DNA of 32,000 nt from Propionibacteriaceae bacterium (GCA_031256725.1 JAIRQE010000011.1:6547-38546), one strand, 5' to 3'. Counted from the first letter of the stretch, positions 17,673 to 27,400 are shown. Numbers and translations: made by a program. Notes: a model not told the origin generated them from the sequence alone.

Positions 17673-18446
17673 ATGTCTGTGGCTATTCGTGTGATTCCTT
17701 GCCTTGATGTTGATGCTGGTCGAGTGGTGAAGGGGGTCAACTTCCAGAACCTTCGTGATGCTGGTGACCCTGTGGAACTCGGGCGGGCCTATGGTCAACA
17801 GGGGGCCGATGAGTTAACCTTCCTCGATATTTCCGCCTCTGTCAAAGGGCGCGCTACGACACACAAGGTGGTCACCGCAACGGCCGAAACGGTCTTCATT
17901 CCCCTGACCGTGGGTGGGGGAGTACGTACGGTCGATGATGTGGATGCGCTGCTTCGTGCTGGTGCTGACAAAGTGGGAATCAATACCGCAGCCATCGCGA
18001 ACCCCGACCTGATCAACGACACTGTTGCCCGTTTCGGTAACCAGGTGCTTGTTCTCAGTGTGGATGCCCGCCGAGAAATGGGGATGCCGTCAGGTTTTGG
18101 TGTGACCACCCACGGAGGTCGCCGCAGTGCAGGATTGGATGCGATGGCATGGGTACGTGAAGCTGCAGATCGTGGCGTGGGGGAGATCCTTCTCAACTCC
18201 ATGGACGCCGATGGTACCGAAGCTGGATTCGATATAGAGATGATCCAGGCTGTACGCGCGCTTGTGGATCTCCCACTGATTGCTTCAGGAGGTGCAGGAA
18301 AGGTCGAGGATTTCGTCCAGGCTGTCAGGGCCGGAGCCGATGCTGTCCTTGCTGCTAGTGTCTTCCACTTTGGTACCCTCACGGTGTCTGAAGTCAAGGA
18401 TGCTTTACGCCAAGCTGGGTACCCTGTTCGTGGAGAGACCACCTGA
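17673..18446 (+). CDS. hisF: Imidazole glycerol phosphate synthase cyclase subunit
   Basis: [35 protein letters not shown] is the canonical HisF N-terminus. The track ORF (17595) carries a 26-codon Arg/His-rich extension overlapping helY, which I discarded. Confidence 0.9.
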   Translation: MSVAIRVIPCLDVDAGRVVKGVNFQNLRDAGDPVELGRAYGQQGADELTFLDISASVKGRATTHKVVTATAETVFIPLTVGGGVRTVDDVDALLRAGADKVGINTAAIANPDLINDTVARFGNQVLVLSVDARREMGMPSGFGVTTHGGRRSAGLDAMAWVREAADRGVGEILLNSMDADGTEAGFDIEMIQAVRALVDLPLIASGGAGKVEDFVQAVRAGADAVLAASVFHFGTLTVSEVKDALRQAGYPVRGETT

Positions 18447-18509
18447 GAATCTATCTATACCTTGCCGAACCACTGTAAACTTCCTGAAACTAAGGAAATG
18501 AGAAACTAG

Positions 18510-18914
18510 ATGAGTGACTGCCTCTTTTGTCGGATTGTTGCTGGTGAGATTCCTGCGCGCATGGTCTACACCGATGATACCTGTATAGGTTTCTTGGATA
18601 TCGCGCCCTATCACCGTGGACACTCTCTAGTTATTCCGCGCCGCCATATCGCAGATGGTACCTGTGAGGCTGAGGCATGGAATGAGGTCGCTGCGGGCAT
18701 CATCGCTGTCTCCAACCTTCTCAAAGAGAAATTGGGGGCAACCGGGGTCAACATTTTGTCCAATGCGGGCTCTGTCTCAGGCCAAGAGATCTTCCATTTT
18801 CACGTACACATCCTTCCGCGCTATCCCAGCAACCCAGGGATGGGCGCTCTAGCCCAGCGTGACGTAGATGCCGACATGGATCTTGATGCTTTGTACGTCC
18901 AGATCATGGGTTGA
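18510..18914 (+). CDS. HIT-family (Hint-like) nucleotide hydrolase
   Basis: 134 aa. It has CLFCRIVAGEIPA at the N-terminus and the histidine triad HFHVHILPR. Confidence 0.85.
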   Translation: MSDCLFCRIVAGEIPARMVYTDDTCIGFLDIAPYHRGHSLVIPRRHIADGTCEAEAWNEVAAGIIAVSNLLKEKLGATGVNILSNAGSVSGQEIFHFHVHILPRYPSNPGMGALAQRDVDADMDLDALYVQIMG

Positions 18915-19036
18915 CCATGCCGATGGTGTCCATCATCTGAACCAAAGTTGACACAGGTTGGTGGTCTTTGGAAGAGTATGGTTCGTGTTCAGACAGGTCG
19001 TAGTACTTTAGACAGCGCGTATAGCAATGTACGCGC

Positions 19037-19070
19037 ACCCTCGTATGCCAAATGGCAGCGGGGGTTTTTT
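19037..19070 (+). terminator. Intrinsic terminator / attenuator in the ilvB leader
   Basis: The stem is accctcg(19037-43)-ta-tgcc(19046-49), the loop is aaat, and the return arm is ggca(19054-57)-g-cgggggt(19059-65), with one G.U pair. It runs into a T6 tract (19065-19070) only 31 nt before the ilvB ATG. A second hairpin, gcgcgta/tacgcgc (19015-19036), abuts it. Confidence 0.55.
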
Positions 19071-19101
19071 GTTGGAGGACATCGAAAGAAAGGAGTCGGG
19101 T

Positions 19102-20826
19102 ATGACTGAAGTCATCACCGGTGCACAAGCGATGGTGAGAGCCCTAGAGAAGTTGAATGTCGACGTTGCCTTCGGTATTCCTGGAGGTACGATTCTGCCT
19201 CTATATGACCCCTTGTTCGATTCTTCAATTCGCCACATTCTCGTACGCCATGAACAGGGTGCAGCACATGCAGCCGAGGGGTACGCAGCGGCGACCGGCC
19301 GGGTGGGGGTATGCATGGCAACCTCCGGGCCTGGTGCAGCCAATCTGGTAACAGGGATCTCGAATGCTTACATGGATTCCACACCAGTTGTGGCCATCAC
19401 TGGCCAGGTGAGTTCGGCCCTCATTGGTACTGATGCCTTCCAGGAAGCCGACATTCGAGGAATGACCTTCCCGATCACCAAGCATTCCTTCCTCATCAAG
19501 AAGGCTGAGGACATCGTTCCTGCTGTTGTGGAGGCCTTCCATATTGCTTCGACGGGACGTCCTGGTCCTGTACTTGTTGATGTGGCCAAGGATGCCTTCA
19601 CAAATACCACTGAGTGGACCTGGCCCATCGATATGAACCTTCCAGGGTACAAACCCACCACCAAGCCCCATAGCCGTCAGGTTCGCGAGGCTGCCTCCAT
19701 GATCTCTGACGCGAAGCAGCCCGTACTCTTCATTGGTGGCGGGATTATCAGGTCTGGTGCCTCGGATGCGGTGGCCTCCCTCATTAAGAAGGCCCCCATG
19801 CCGGTTGTCACCACACTCATGGGTCGTGGCGCCTTCCCTGACTCCCATGAACTCAACTTCGGTATGCCTGGGATGCATGGAACAGTCGCTGCAGTTGGAG
19901 CCCTCCAACGTGCCGACCTGATCGTGGCGGTGGGTGTACGATTCGATGACCGTGTGACGGGAGCCAAAGACTCTTTCGCGACCAATGCGAAGATCATTCA
20001 CTGCGATATTGACCCCGCAGAGATTGGCAAGAATATCGCCGTAGACCTGCCTATTGTCGGTGATGCTGCGCTCATGTTGGCTGACTTGGAGAATAATCTC
20101 AACGAACGGCCATTGTCCGATTGGAGTCCATGGGTGAACTACCTCACGGGTCTTCAAACCAAGTACCCAACCTGGGCTGGGGACCCACAAGATGGCATCA
20201 TCCAACCCCAGGAAGTAATGCGTCGCATTGGTGAACTGTCACCACCCGATACGATCTTCGTTACCGGTGTTGGCCAGCATCAAATGTGGAGTGCCCACTT
20301 CCTTCCTCATGAGCGACCCAATCAGTGGTTGACCTCTGGAGGGGCTGGAACCATGGGGTACTGCGTCCCTGCAGCCATGGGCGCCCAGGTCGGATGCCCA
20401 GATCAAACGGTCTGGGGTGTCGATGGTGACGGGTGTTTCCAGATGACCAATCAGGAGTTGGTGACCTGTGCCCTGAACAAGATCCCCGTCAAGATTGCCA
20501 TCATCAACAATCAGGTTCTGGGGATGGTACGCCAATGGCAGACCCTGTTCTACAACCAGCGCTATTCGAACACCGAACTCCACACCGATCTTGTGCCAGA
20601 CTTCGTGAAACTGGCTGAGGCCATGGGATGTGTGGGGTTAAGGGCCTCAACACCAGACGAGGTTGACTCCGTGATCGAGCAGGCTTTAGCCATCAATGAC
20701 AAGCCTGTGGTTGTGGAGTTCATCGTCTCCAAGGATGCACAGGTCTGGCCGATGGTTGCGGCTGGTACCTCCAACAACGATATTAAGTACGCCCGAGATA
20801 TGGCTCCAGATTGGGATGAGGTCTAA
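19102..20826 (+). CDS. ilvB: Acetolactate synthase large (catalytic) subunit
   Basis: [29 protein letters not shown] is the family-typical N-terminus, and the ThDP motif is [18 protein letters not shown] 19102 follows AAAGGAG. The track start at 19027 would read through the terminator and was rejected. Confidence 0.9.
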   Translation: MTEVITGAQAMVRALEKLNVDVAFGIPGGTILPLYDPLFDSSIRHILVRHEQGAAHAAEGYAAATGRVGVCMATSGPGAANLVTGISNAYMDSTPVVAITGQVSSALIGTDAFQEADIRGMTFPITKHSFLIKKAEDIVPAVVEAFHIASTGRPGPVLVDVAKDAFTNTTEWTWPIDMNLPGYKPTTKPHSRQVREAASMISDAKQPVLFIGGGIIRSGASDAVASLIKKAPMPVVTTLMGRGAFPDSHELNFGMPGMHGTVAAVGALQRADLIVAVGVRFDDRVTGAKDSFATNAKIIHCDIDPAEIGKNIAVDLPIVGDAALMLADLENNLNERPLSDWSPWVNYLTGLQTKYPTWAGDPQDGIIQPQEVMRRIGELSPPDTIFVTGVGQHQMWSAHFLPHERPNQWLTSGGAGTMGYCVPAAMGAQVGCPDQTVWGVDGDGCFQMTNQELVTCALNKIPVKIAIINNQVLGMVRQWQTLFYNQRYSNTELHTDLVPDFVKLAEAMGCVGLRASTPDEVDSVIEQALAINDKPVVVEFIVSKDAQVWPMVAAGTSNNDIKYARDMAPDWDEV

Positions 20827-20829
20827 AAG

Positions 20830-21345
20830 ATGCCCACCATCACAACACTGTCAGTTTTAGTTCAGAACAACCCTGGTGTGCTCGCCAGGATCGCTGGACT
20901 CTTTGCCCGTCGAGGATTCAACATTGAATCGCTTTCTGTGGGTCCCACAGAGCGTGAAGATACCTCACGTATGACCATCGTTGCCATCACCCCCGATGAG
21001 GCCACGGTTGAGCAGATCACCAAACAGTTGAACAAGCTCATTGAGGTCATCAAGATCACAGAGATGGAGAAGGGTAAGACCGTCCGTCGCGAGATCGTAC
21101 TCGTTAAAGTGAGGGCAGATGCCTCCACACGCGCCGACATCCTCTCCCTTGTAGACACCTTCCGTGGCAAGGTCGTCGATGTAGCCGCCGAGACAGTTAT
21201 CGTTGAGGTGACAGGAAAGTACGGCAAGATCCACGCCTTCCTCGAAATGGTCGCGCCTTATGGAATTACAGAACTCGTACAATCCGGTTCGGTTGCCCTC
21301 GCACGTGGGCCGCGAGCCATCACCGAGAACAACAAGAATTCGTGA
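20830..21345 (+). CDS. ilvN: Acetolactate synthase small (regulatory) subunit
   Basis: It has the ACT-domain N-terminus LSVLVQNNPGVLARIAGLFARRGFNIESLSVGPTE. The gene starts 3 nt after ilvB. Confidence 0.9.
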   Translation: MPTITTLSVLVQNNPGVLARIAGLFARRGFNIESLSVGPTEREDTSRMTIVAITPDEATVEQITKQLNKLIEVIKITEMEKGKTVRREIVLVKVRADASTRADILSLVDTFRGKVVDVAAETVIVEVTGKYGKIHAFLEMVAPYGITELVQSGSVALARGPRAITENNKNS

Positions 21346-21405
21346 GCCCTAACCCCTGTCATCCTGCGCGCAGTCGCGGGATCCAGATCACCAAGAATTC
21401 GTGAG
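21319..21405. repeat. Direct repeat of the ilvN 3' end flanking a 40-bp hairpin-containing insert
   Basis: Copy A (21319-21346) is atcacc-gagaacaac-aagaattcgtgag. Copy B (21387-21405) is atcacc-aagaattcgtgag, identical apart from a 9-nt indel. Between them lies the hairpin atcctgcg(21361-68)/cgcgggat(21375-82). Copy B still reads I-T-K-N-S-stop. Confidence 0.75.
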
Positions 21406-21446
21406 TCTGAAGGGTTCACACTAAACTCATCCAAGAAGGAGAAAAA

Positions 21447-22475
21447 ATGGCAAAAATGTTCTATGACGACGATGCGGATCTGAGTCTGATCCAGGGTCGT
21501 AAGGTTGCGATCATCGGTTACGGTTCCCAGGGCCACGCACACGCTCTGTCGCTTCGCGATTCCGGGGTTGACGTACGCGTAGGTCTGCGCGCTGGCTCGA
21601 AGTCCCGCGACAAGGCTGAGGCTGAAGGTTTGCGAGTGGTACCAACGGCCACTGCTGCTGAAGAAGCCGACCTCATCATGATTCTGGCGCCCGATCAGGT
21701 GCAGCGTGGACTCTATGCTGAAGAGATCGCCCCCCATCTCAAGCCTGGTGATGCTCTATTCTTCGCCCACGGTTTCAACATCCGCTTCGGGTACATCCAG
21801 CCTCCCGCTGGTGTGGACATCTGCATGGTTGCCCCCAAGGGTCCCGGCCACCTCGTACGCCGTGAATATGCCTCGGGTCGTGGTGTGCCTGTGATCGTGG
21901 CTGTGGAGAAGGATGAGTCCGGTCAGGGGTGGCCTCTCGCTCTTGCGTACGCTAAGGCTATTGGTGGTCTGCGCGCTGGCGGTATTGAGACCACCTTCAC
22001 TGAGGAATGCGAGACCGATCTTTTTGGTGAGCAGGCAGTCTTGTGTGGTGGTTTGTCACACCTGATCCAGGCTGGTTTCGAGACCCTCGTTCATGCTGGG
22101 TATCAGCCTGAGGTCGCTTACTTTGAGTGCCTTCACGAAGTGAAGCTCATCGTTGATCTGATGTACGAAGGTGGGATCGCCAAACAGCGGTGGAGTGTCT
22201 CCGACACCGCAGAGTACGGTGACTATGTCTCGGGGCCACGTGTGATTGATGACCACGTCAAGCAGTCCATGCAGGAAGTACTCGACGACATCCGCTCGGG
22301 TGCCTTCGCTGAACGTTTCATTGCTGACCAGGATGCTGGAGCTCCCGAGTTCAAGGCACTTCGGGCCAAGGAAGAGGCCCATCCGATTGAGGCTGTGGGT
22401 CGCGATCTTCGTAAGCTCATGAGCTGGGTCAAGGCAGATGATGCTGACTACGTCGAAGGTACCGCTGCTCGCTAG
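21447..22475 (+). CDS. ilvC: Ketol-acid reductoisomerase
   Basis: [40 protein letters not shown] is the canonical class I KARI N-terminus. The SD AAGGAG lies upstream. Confidence 0.92.
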   Translation: MAKMFYDDDADLSLIQGRKVAIIGYGSQGHAHALSLRDSGVDVRVGLRAGSKSRDKAEAEGLRVVPTATAAEEADLIMILAPDQVQRGLYAEEIAPHLKPGDALFFAHGFNIRFGYIQPPAGVDICMVAPKGPGHLVRREYASGRGVPVIVAVEKDESGQGWPLALAYAKAIGGLRAGGIETTFTEECETDLFGEQAVLCGGLSHLIQAGFETLVHAGYQPEVAYFECLHEVKLIVDLMYEGGIAKQRWSVSDTAEYGDYVSGPRVIDDHVKQSMQEVLDDIRSGAFAERFIADQDAGAPEFKALRAKEEAHPIEAVGRDLRKLMSWVKADDADYVEGTAAR

Positions 22476-22477
22476 TA

Positions 22478-22548
22478 CTATCATCCCGTCATCCTGCGCA
22501 CTGCGACTTCGCGCACGCAGGCTTCGTTGCAGGATCCAGAGATGATAG
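22478..22548. repeat. 71-nt imperfect palindromic element after ilvC, related to the insert after ilvN
   Basis: The outer stem is ctatcatc(22478-85)/gatgatag(22541-48) and the inner stem is atcctgc(22491-97)/gcaggat(22529-35). It shares the 12-mer gtcatcctgcgc (22488-99 and 21358-69) and the 9-mer ggatccaga (22532-40 and 21379-87) with the element downstream of ilvN. It may act as a U-tract-less terminator. Confidence 0.6.
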
Positions 22549-22599
22549 TTCTTTCATAGAACTGACGAGGAGGGGTATATCTCTTGTGAACACATTCAC

Positions 22600-22640
22600 G
22601 GATTCGTTTCCGTAGAAAACGAATCCTCCATTCGGGAGGA
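22600..22640 (+). other. Two overlapping hairpins in the ilvC/maf convergent spacer
   Basis: Hairpin 1 is ggattcgttt(22600-09)/aaacgaatcc(22617-26), a perfect 10-bp stem with a 7-nt loop. Hairpin 2 is tcctcc(22624-29)/ggagga(22635-40). They share 3 nt, so they are mutually exclusive. Neither has a T-run. Confidence 0.3.
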
Positions 22641-22885
22641 CGGTTCACAACAAATGTACCCCACCAACCTCCTATTATGTATCATCATTATTCTCAACTC
22701 AAATAACATACTACCCATTCAAAACCACAAGCAGATCGCATCAGGGAATCACGATTCGTCTTGCCTCAAGTCAAATTTGGTTTTCGACTCTGCTAGCCAC
22801 GAGAATCTGGTGAAAAAGAGACAGTTTTTGCTGATGGGAATGAACTGGGGAAAGGTGATGTGGTTTACTCGTTAGGCCGAAATCA

Positions 22886-23494
22886 TTATCCTTCGTGGGG
22901 AGTCCAAAGAGAGGTCCATTGGATTCCGCAGTCGGCTAGCATCATTCGTACTAGGGGGAGGGAGAGGCCTACTACGTTGTGGGGGTCTCCTTCGATGCCG
23001 GTGATGAAGGGGCCGCCTAAGGCGTCGATGGTGAAGCCTCCCGCTACGTGTTGGGGTTCGCCGGTTGTGACGTAGGCGTCGATTTCGTCGTCGGTGAGGT
23101 CAGCTACGTGGATGATGGTTTTTGCGGCTCGGTTGGCTCGTTGTACTTCGTCTTGGGAGACGATGATGTGGTGGCCTGTGACGAGGACACCTGAGCGTCT
23201 ACGGGTGCGTTTCAGGAGGGAGATGGCGGCTTCTTTGGAGCCGGGTTTGCCTTGTGCTTTGCCTTCGAAGTCCAGGATCGAGTCGCAGCCGATGATGATG
23301 GAGTCTTTGGGGGAACCGAGGTTGGCGAACACTGCCTCTGCCTTCTTTTCGGCTAGGAGACAGGCTAAGTGGGTGGGGGTGTCGGCTGCGAATTGGGACT
23401 CATCAACCTCGGAGATGACAACCTCGGGGAAGGTACCTGCTGAGCGCAGTGTTTGAAGACGAGCCGGGGATGCGGATGCGAGAATGAGTCTCAT
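22886..23494 (-). CDS. maf: Maf-like nucleoside triphosphate pyrophosphatase
   Basis: MRLILASASPARLQTLRSAG is the canonical Maf N-terminus. The 20-codon upstream extension in the track ORF (to 23554) is not family-like and would overlap birA. Confidence 0.85.
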   Translation of the reverse strand: MRLILASASPARLQTLRSAGTFPEVVISEVDESQFAADTPTHLACLLAEKKAEAVFANLGSPKDSIIIGCDSILDFEGKAQGKPGSKEAAISLLKRTRRRSGVLVTGHHIIVSQDEVQRANRAAKTIIHVADLTDDEIDAYVTTGEPQHVAGGFTIDALGGPFITGIEGDPHNVVGLSLPLVRMMLADCGIQWTSLWTPHEG

Positions 23495-23512
23495 TCTGTT
23501 ACGGTACCAGTC

Positions 23513-24301
23513 ATGAGTAAATTTCGGTGGCTTAACCAGGAAACTCTTAACCAACTCCCATTTTCTTTGCCTTGGAAAATTGAGGTTGTTGAGCAGACTG
23601 GTTCCACCAACGCCGATCTTGCGGCTCGGGTACGCGCGGGGGGCTGCCCCGATTACACAGTGTTGGTGACCACCGATCAGTGTGGCGGACGCGGTCGGCT
23701 AGCGCGTACCTGGACTGCACCTGCGGATACTGCTGTGGCAATGTCGATGGCCGTACCACTGAAGCCCTTTGAAGGACACTGGGGTTTGCTGCCCTTGGTG
23801 ATGGGGAGTGCAGTAGCGGGGGCCCTGTTTGACTGGGGGGTTAAAGCGAAGCTGAAATGGCCGAACGATGTGTATATCGGGGACAAGAAAGTTTGCGGGA
23901 TTCTGGGGGAGTTTGTGGGAGGTACCGCCGTTATCGGGTGTGGAATCAATGTCGCACAGACCCAGGAAACCATTGGGTACGAAACTGCCACATCACTAGC
24001 GATGACTGGGGTTCATGTCACCCATGATGAAGTCGTCTCCCGTGTACTGGATCATTTCGGGCGAGCCCTGGATGTCATGACCACCGAAGATGGACCAGCT
24101 TTGCTGAGGGACTTTTATCGAGCATCCAGTATGACCCTGGGTCAACAGGTCAGGATCTATCATGATGAGGATTCCTATGTTGAAGGCCTCGCCATAGATA
24201 TTTCCGATGATGGCCAACTTCTAATCGACATAGATGGAGAGGTACAGTCCTTTGCCAGCGGAGACGTGTACCATCTTCGTTCGCAAGACAGGGGTGACTG
24301 A
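23513..24301 (+). CDS. birA: Biotin-[acetyl-CoA-carboxylase] ligase (no N-terminal HTH visible)
   Basis: It has the biotin-binding loop QCGGRGRLARTWTAP, KWPNDVYIGDKKVCGILGE, and a C-terminal SH3-like tail. I prefer ATG 23513 (MSKFRWLNQ...) over the track start at 23453. Confidence 0.85.
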   Translation: MSKFRWLNQETLNQLPFSLPWKIEVVEQTGSTNADLAARVRAGGCPDYTVLVTTDQCGGRGRLARTWTAPADTAVAMSMAVPLKPFEGHWGLLPLVMGSAVAGALFDWGVKAKLKWPNDVYIGDKKVCGILGEFVGGTAVIGCGINVAQTQETIGYETATSLAMTGVHVTHDEVVSRVLDHFGRALDVMTTEDGPALLRDFYRASSMTLGQQVRIYHDEDSYVEGLAIDISDDGQLLIDIDGEVQSFASGDVYHLRSQDRGD

Positions 24302-24395
24302 GTGGCGAGCACCATCCACAATGCGAAATTAAAAAGAAATCTGAGGTGGAAATCTTAAATAGTGAGATCTTTACGCGAGAGTGTCCTATCCGTGA

Positions 24396-24424
24396 TTGAC
24401 GGCAAGGCAAATATATGCAAGAAT
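24396..24424 (+). promoter_or_regulatory. Candidate promoter for the rhs gene
   Basis: TTGACG (24396-24401), then 17 nt, then AAGAAT (24419-24424), in an AT-rich 155-bp spacer. A short palindrome atgca-agaa-tgcat (24415-24428) overlaps the -10. The SD AGGGAG (24447-52) precedes ATG 24457. This is a sequence-pattern guess only. Confidence 0.25.
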
Positions 24425-24456
24425 GCATGACATCAGAATGATTTCAAGGGAGTGTC

Positions 24457-27400
24457 ATGTCTGGATTTTCGCGGCCTTGGTTGGCGCCTGCTGTTATTGT
24501 TGCTTTTTCGGTGTTTATTACGATGTCACCAGTATCGAGTAATTGGAGTGCTCGTGCTGATAATGAGGTGGTAGAGGAGATTCCGGTAGTCCCCGCAAAT
24601 GATGATTCCTTTACTCCTGTTCCATTGGAAGATATATCTTCAGACAACGGGCCAGGTTCTGAAGATACAAACGATTTGCCTGGAGTCGAGGAATCTGAGG
24701 ACTCGGTAGACCAGGTGAGTGATTTTAACCCAGTTTCTGTCGTAGAGGAGATATTGCCTGAGTCTGCAGTTGTACCCTCCAGTGACTCGCTGGTTCTGGA
24801 TCCTAATAGTTATGAATCCGTATCGGGAGCGGTGGATGCAACCTTTGCCCCCTTGCCCTCACCGGAAAACCCTGAGGAAGTTGGCTTACTATCGGGTGCT
24901 TGGATGGATTTTGAGCCAGAGCCCATAGTTCAGCCTGCTAGTGAACCTGATGTTTTGATTTGGCAGCGCGCAGGTGGATCATCGTTGGTGTCGTTGGAGT
25001 CTCCAAGTGATGGACCACAAGCGAGCGATGCCCCAGTTGGTCTAGTTGTGTCCTCGTGGCCTGAGATGAATAACAAGCAAGTGACTGACAATGAGGTTCT
25101 TCATCCTTCTTTGAGGGAGAGGATAGTAATTTCAGCACTCTATGCCTATATAGCCATCATGAAGTGGGTTATCAGAGTAGTTGGTTCGTCCAAGCCAAGT
25201 CTCAAGGGCATTGCGATTCTTCCCGTTGAGCCTTTAGCGGAGTTAATTGATCGAGTAAAATCGTTACAGTCTGTTCAGTTGAAACCAGAGGGTTATGCGA
25301 TAAATGTAGGGCTGACTCCAGTTCTGGTGGCTTCAGTTGTCAATGATGTTGAGGGGGTTTTATATGCATATCAATTCACTGTGTGTCCTGGGAATACTAG
25401 TCGTGGATTAGGGGCTTGTGAACAATCTATAAAACCGGTGGCTCAATCAGGGTGGACGGGTCCGGAGTGGAGGATTCCAGAGGGAGTTTTGAGTCCTGAT
25501 TCTTATTACACGTGGACGGTGTCGGTGGGTGAAGTTTCTTCTTCTGGGGTCCCCGAAGCAGCGTCTGCCTATAATGCTGTTCGAGCATTCTCGACAGGTG
25601 GCCATTTCATTGAACCTCCCATGGCCGCAGCGCCATCAGCGCCATCGCTTACACTTCAAAGTCCATCGGATGGTGCTATTCTCTCAACAGTCAAGCCAAC
25701 GTTGGCTTTTAGTTACCTGACTCCTGCGTCGGGGACTTCCTTCAGTTATTCCATCTATGTAGATGCACTTGATAAGTCCTTGGCATGGCAGACTCCACCA
25801 ATGACCTCCAATAAGTCGTCGGTATCATATACATTACCTAATTTGCTGTTCTGGAATCGAGGTTATTCATGGCAAATTTCTGCGGCATATTGGGATCTCA
25901 AACCTAATATTATGTATGTTGCACTTACGCCAAAAAGAACTTTTTACCCAATTGTCCCCGTTGCTTCTGAGGCGAAAATTGTTTCAGATCGATTGGCTCC
26001 AATGGATCATTCAGTGAGTATAGCATCAGGTGCCTACAGTATTTCAGTATCCGATGCGAGTATTCCGATTCCTGGTGGATCACTTGCAGTAGTGCGTTCT
26101 TACCGTAGTGTCGATACGGCAGTCCGAGTTCTCGGATCTGGCTGGGCATCAATTCTTGATATGTCTATTTCTACTCCAGCTGGAGCAGCTGGGCCGATTG
26201 TGCGTTTCGCGGATGGTCATGCAGAGAGCTTCGGTACGAACCCTAATGGAAGTTACGCTAGCGCTCCAGGAAACTTGGGAACGACTCTTGTGAAAGCTTC
26301 CGCATCTACATGGCAGGTAGTAGATGATAGTGGGTTTGTGTATACCTTGGATTCTAAGGGTTTAGTTTCAATGCAGGGTGGTGAGGGAGCTAAGGTCACG
26401 GTTGCCCGTAATAGCACTGGCCAAATAACTGCTATTAAAGACGTCCTATCGAATCGAGCACTGTCTATGACTTGGACTGGTTCACATGTCACTAAAATTG
26501 CTGCCACTCCTGCCCCATCAGGGGTGTCCGCTGTATGGACATATCAATATTCTGGTGACAGGTTAGTGAAGGCCTGTTCTCCTTATAGTGGAACGACAAC
26601 ACGATGTACTTCGTATGTGTATGGCAGTTCATCCATGCCCAATGCAATCACGCAAATCACTGAGGCAAATGGTGCAATAACCAAGATTTCATACGTAAAT
26701 GGTGGTGTTGTCACGTCGGTCACGGATGCGGTCAACTCAGTATGGTCCTTCTCGCGTAAGTCGGTCACGGGCAGTACTGAGATCACGGCAACTGCTCCTG
26801 GGTCTATTAAAACTGTTTATATCATTGATTCAATGTCTCGCATTACGCGATTAGTCAATGCGCTTGGTGGGGTGCAAACGTGGACATATGACAACGGTGG
26901 GCGGTTGGCAAAATACTCTGATCCTGATGGTGAATTGGCCATGACATTCGATGATGAGGGACGAGTTTTGTCGAGAATGGTCTGGCGAGGAAGTATTACA
27001 TATAGCAAGCAGTACTACACGTACTGGACAACAAATGATGCAAAAAAGGGCAAGTTGCGCACTATTTCCGATCCAAGGAGTTCATTGGGGGTCGCCCCAT
27101 TGGTTTCTTATGCTTATGACAGCAAAGGGCGTGTAACTCAGGCTATTTTGGGGCCAGAAGCAACCGGGGTGAGAACGAAATATGCTTATACTACGGGCAC
27201 TGAGAGCGCAGTGGGTGGCGGAGTTACTCCCGCCGGGTTACTTGCAAGTGTTACTGATCCGATGGGTGCTGTGACGAAGTGGGCTTATGCCTCAAATGGT
27301 TTGGTTCGGACGCAGACAAGTCCCAGTGGTTTGGTTACCTCTTATGCCTATGACTCTCTTGGGCGTTTGGCTTCTGAGTCTGCATCTGTGAGCGGGGTTG

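Noticed and set aside
17795-18442. 215-aa ORF antisense to hisF
   Set aside because: It has Ala/Ser/Arg/Pro/Thr-rich shadow-frame composition, overlaps hisF completely, and shows no recognisable motifs.
18948-18953. Perfect TTGACA hexamer in the HIT/ilvB spacer as the ilvB promoter -35
   Set aside because: No acceptable -10 lies at 16-19 nt. The nearest TANNNT (tatggt, 18976-18981) is 22 nt away. I therefore made no promoter call.
19225-20205. 326-aa ORF antisense to ilvB
   Set aside because: It lies entirely inside a confidently identified gene on the opposite strand. Its composition is low-complexity and Gly/Arg/His-rich. It is a typical shadow ORF of G+C-rich coding DNA.
21379-21400. GGATCC (BamHI) and GAATTC (EcoRI) sites close together after ilvN, suggesting a cloning scar or vector junction
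   Set aside because: The GGATCCAGA motif recurs in the related natural-looking element after ilvC (22532-22540). GAATTC is part of the duplicated ilvN coding end. There is no vector-like sequence around either site.
22654-22875. 73-aa ORF in the AT-rich ilvC/maf spacer
   Set aside because: Its composition and codon usage are unlike all confident genes here. It has no SD and no recognisable motif. I treat it as non-coding and flag the region as a finding instead.
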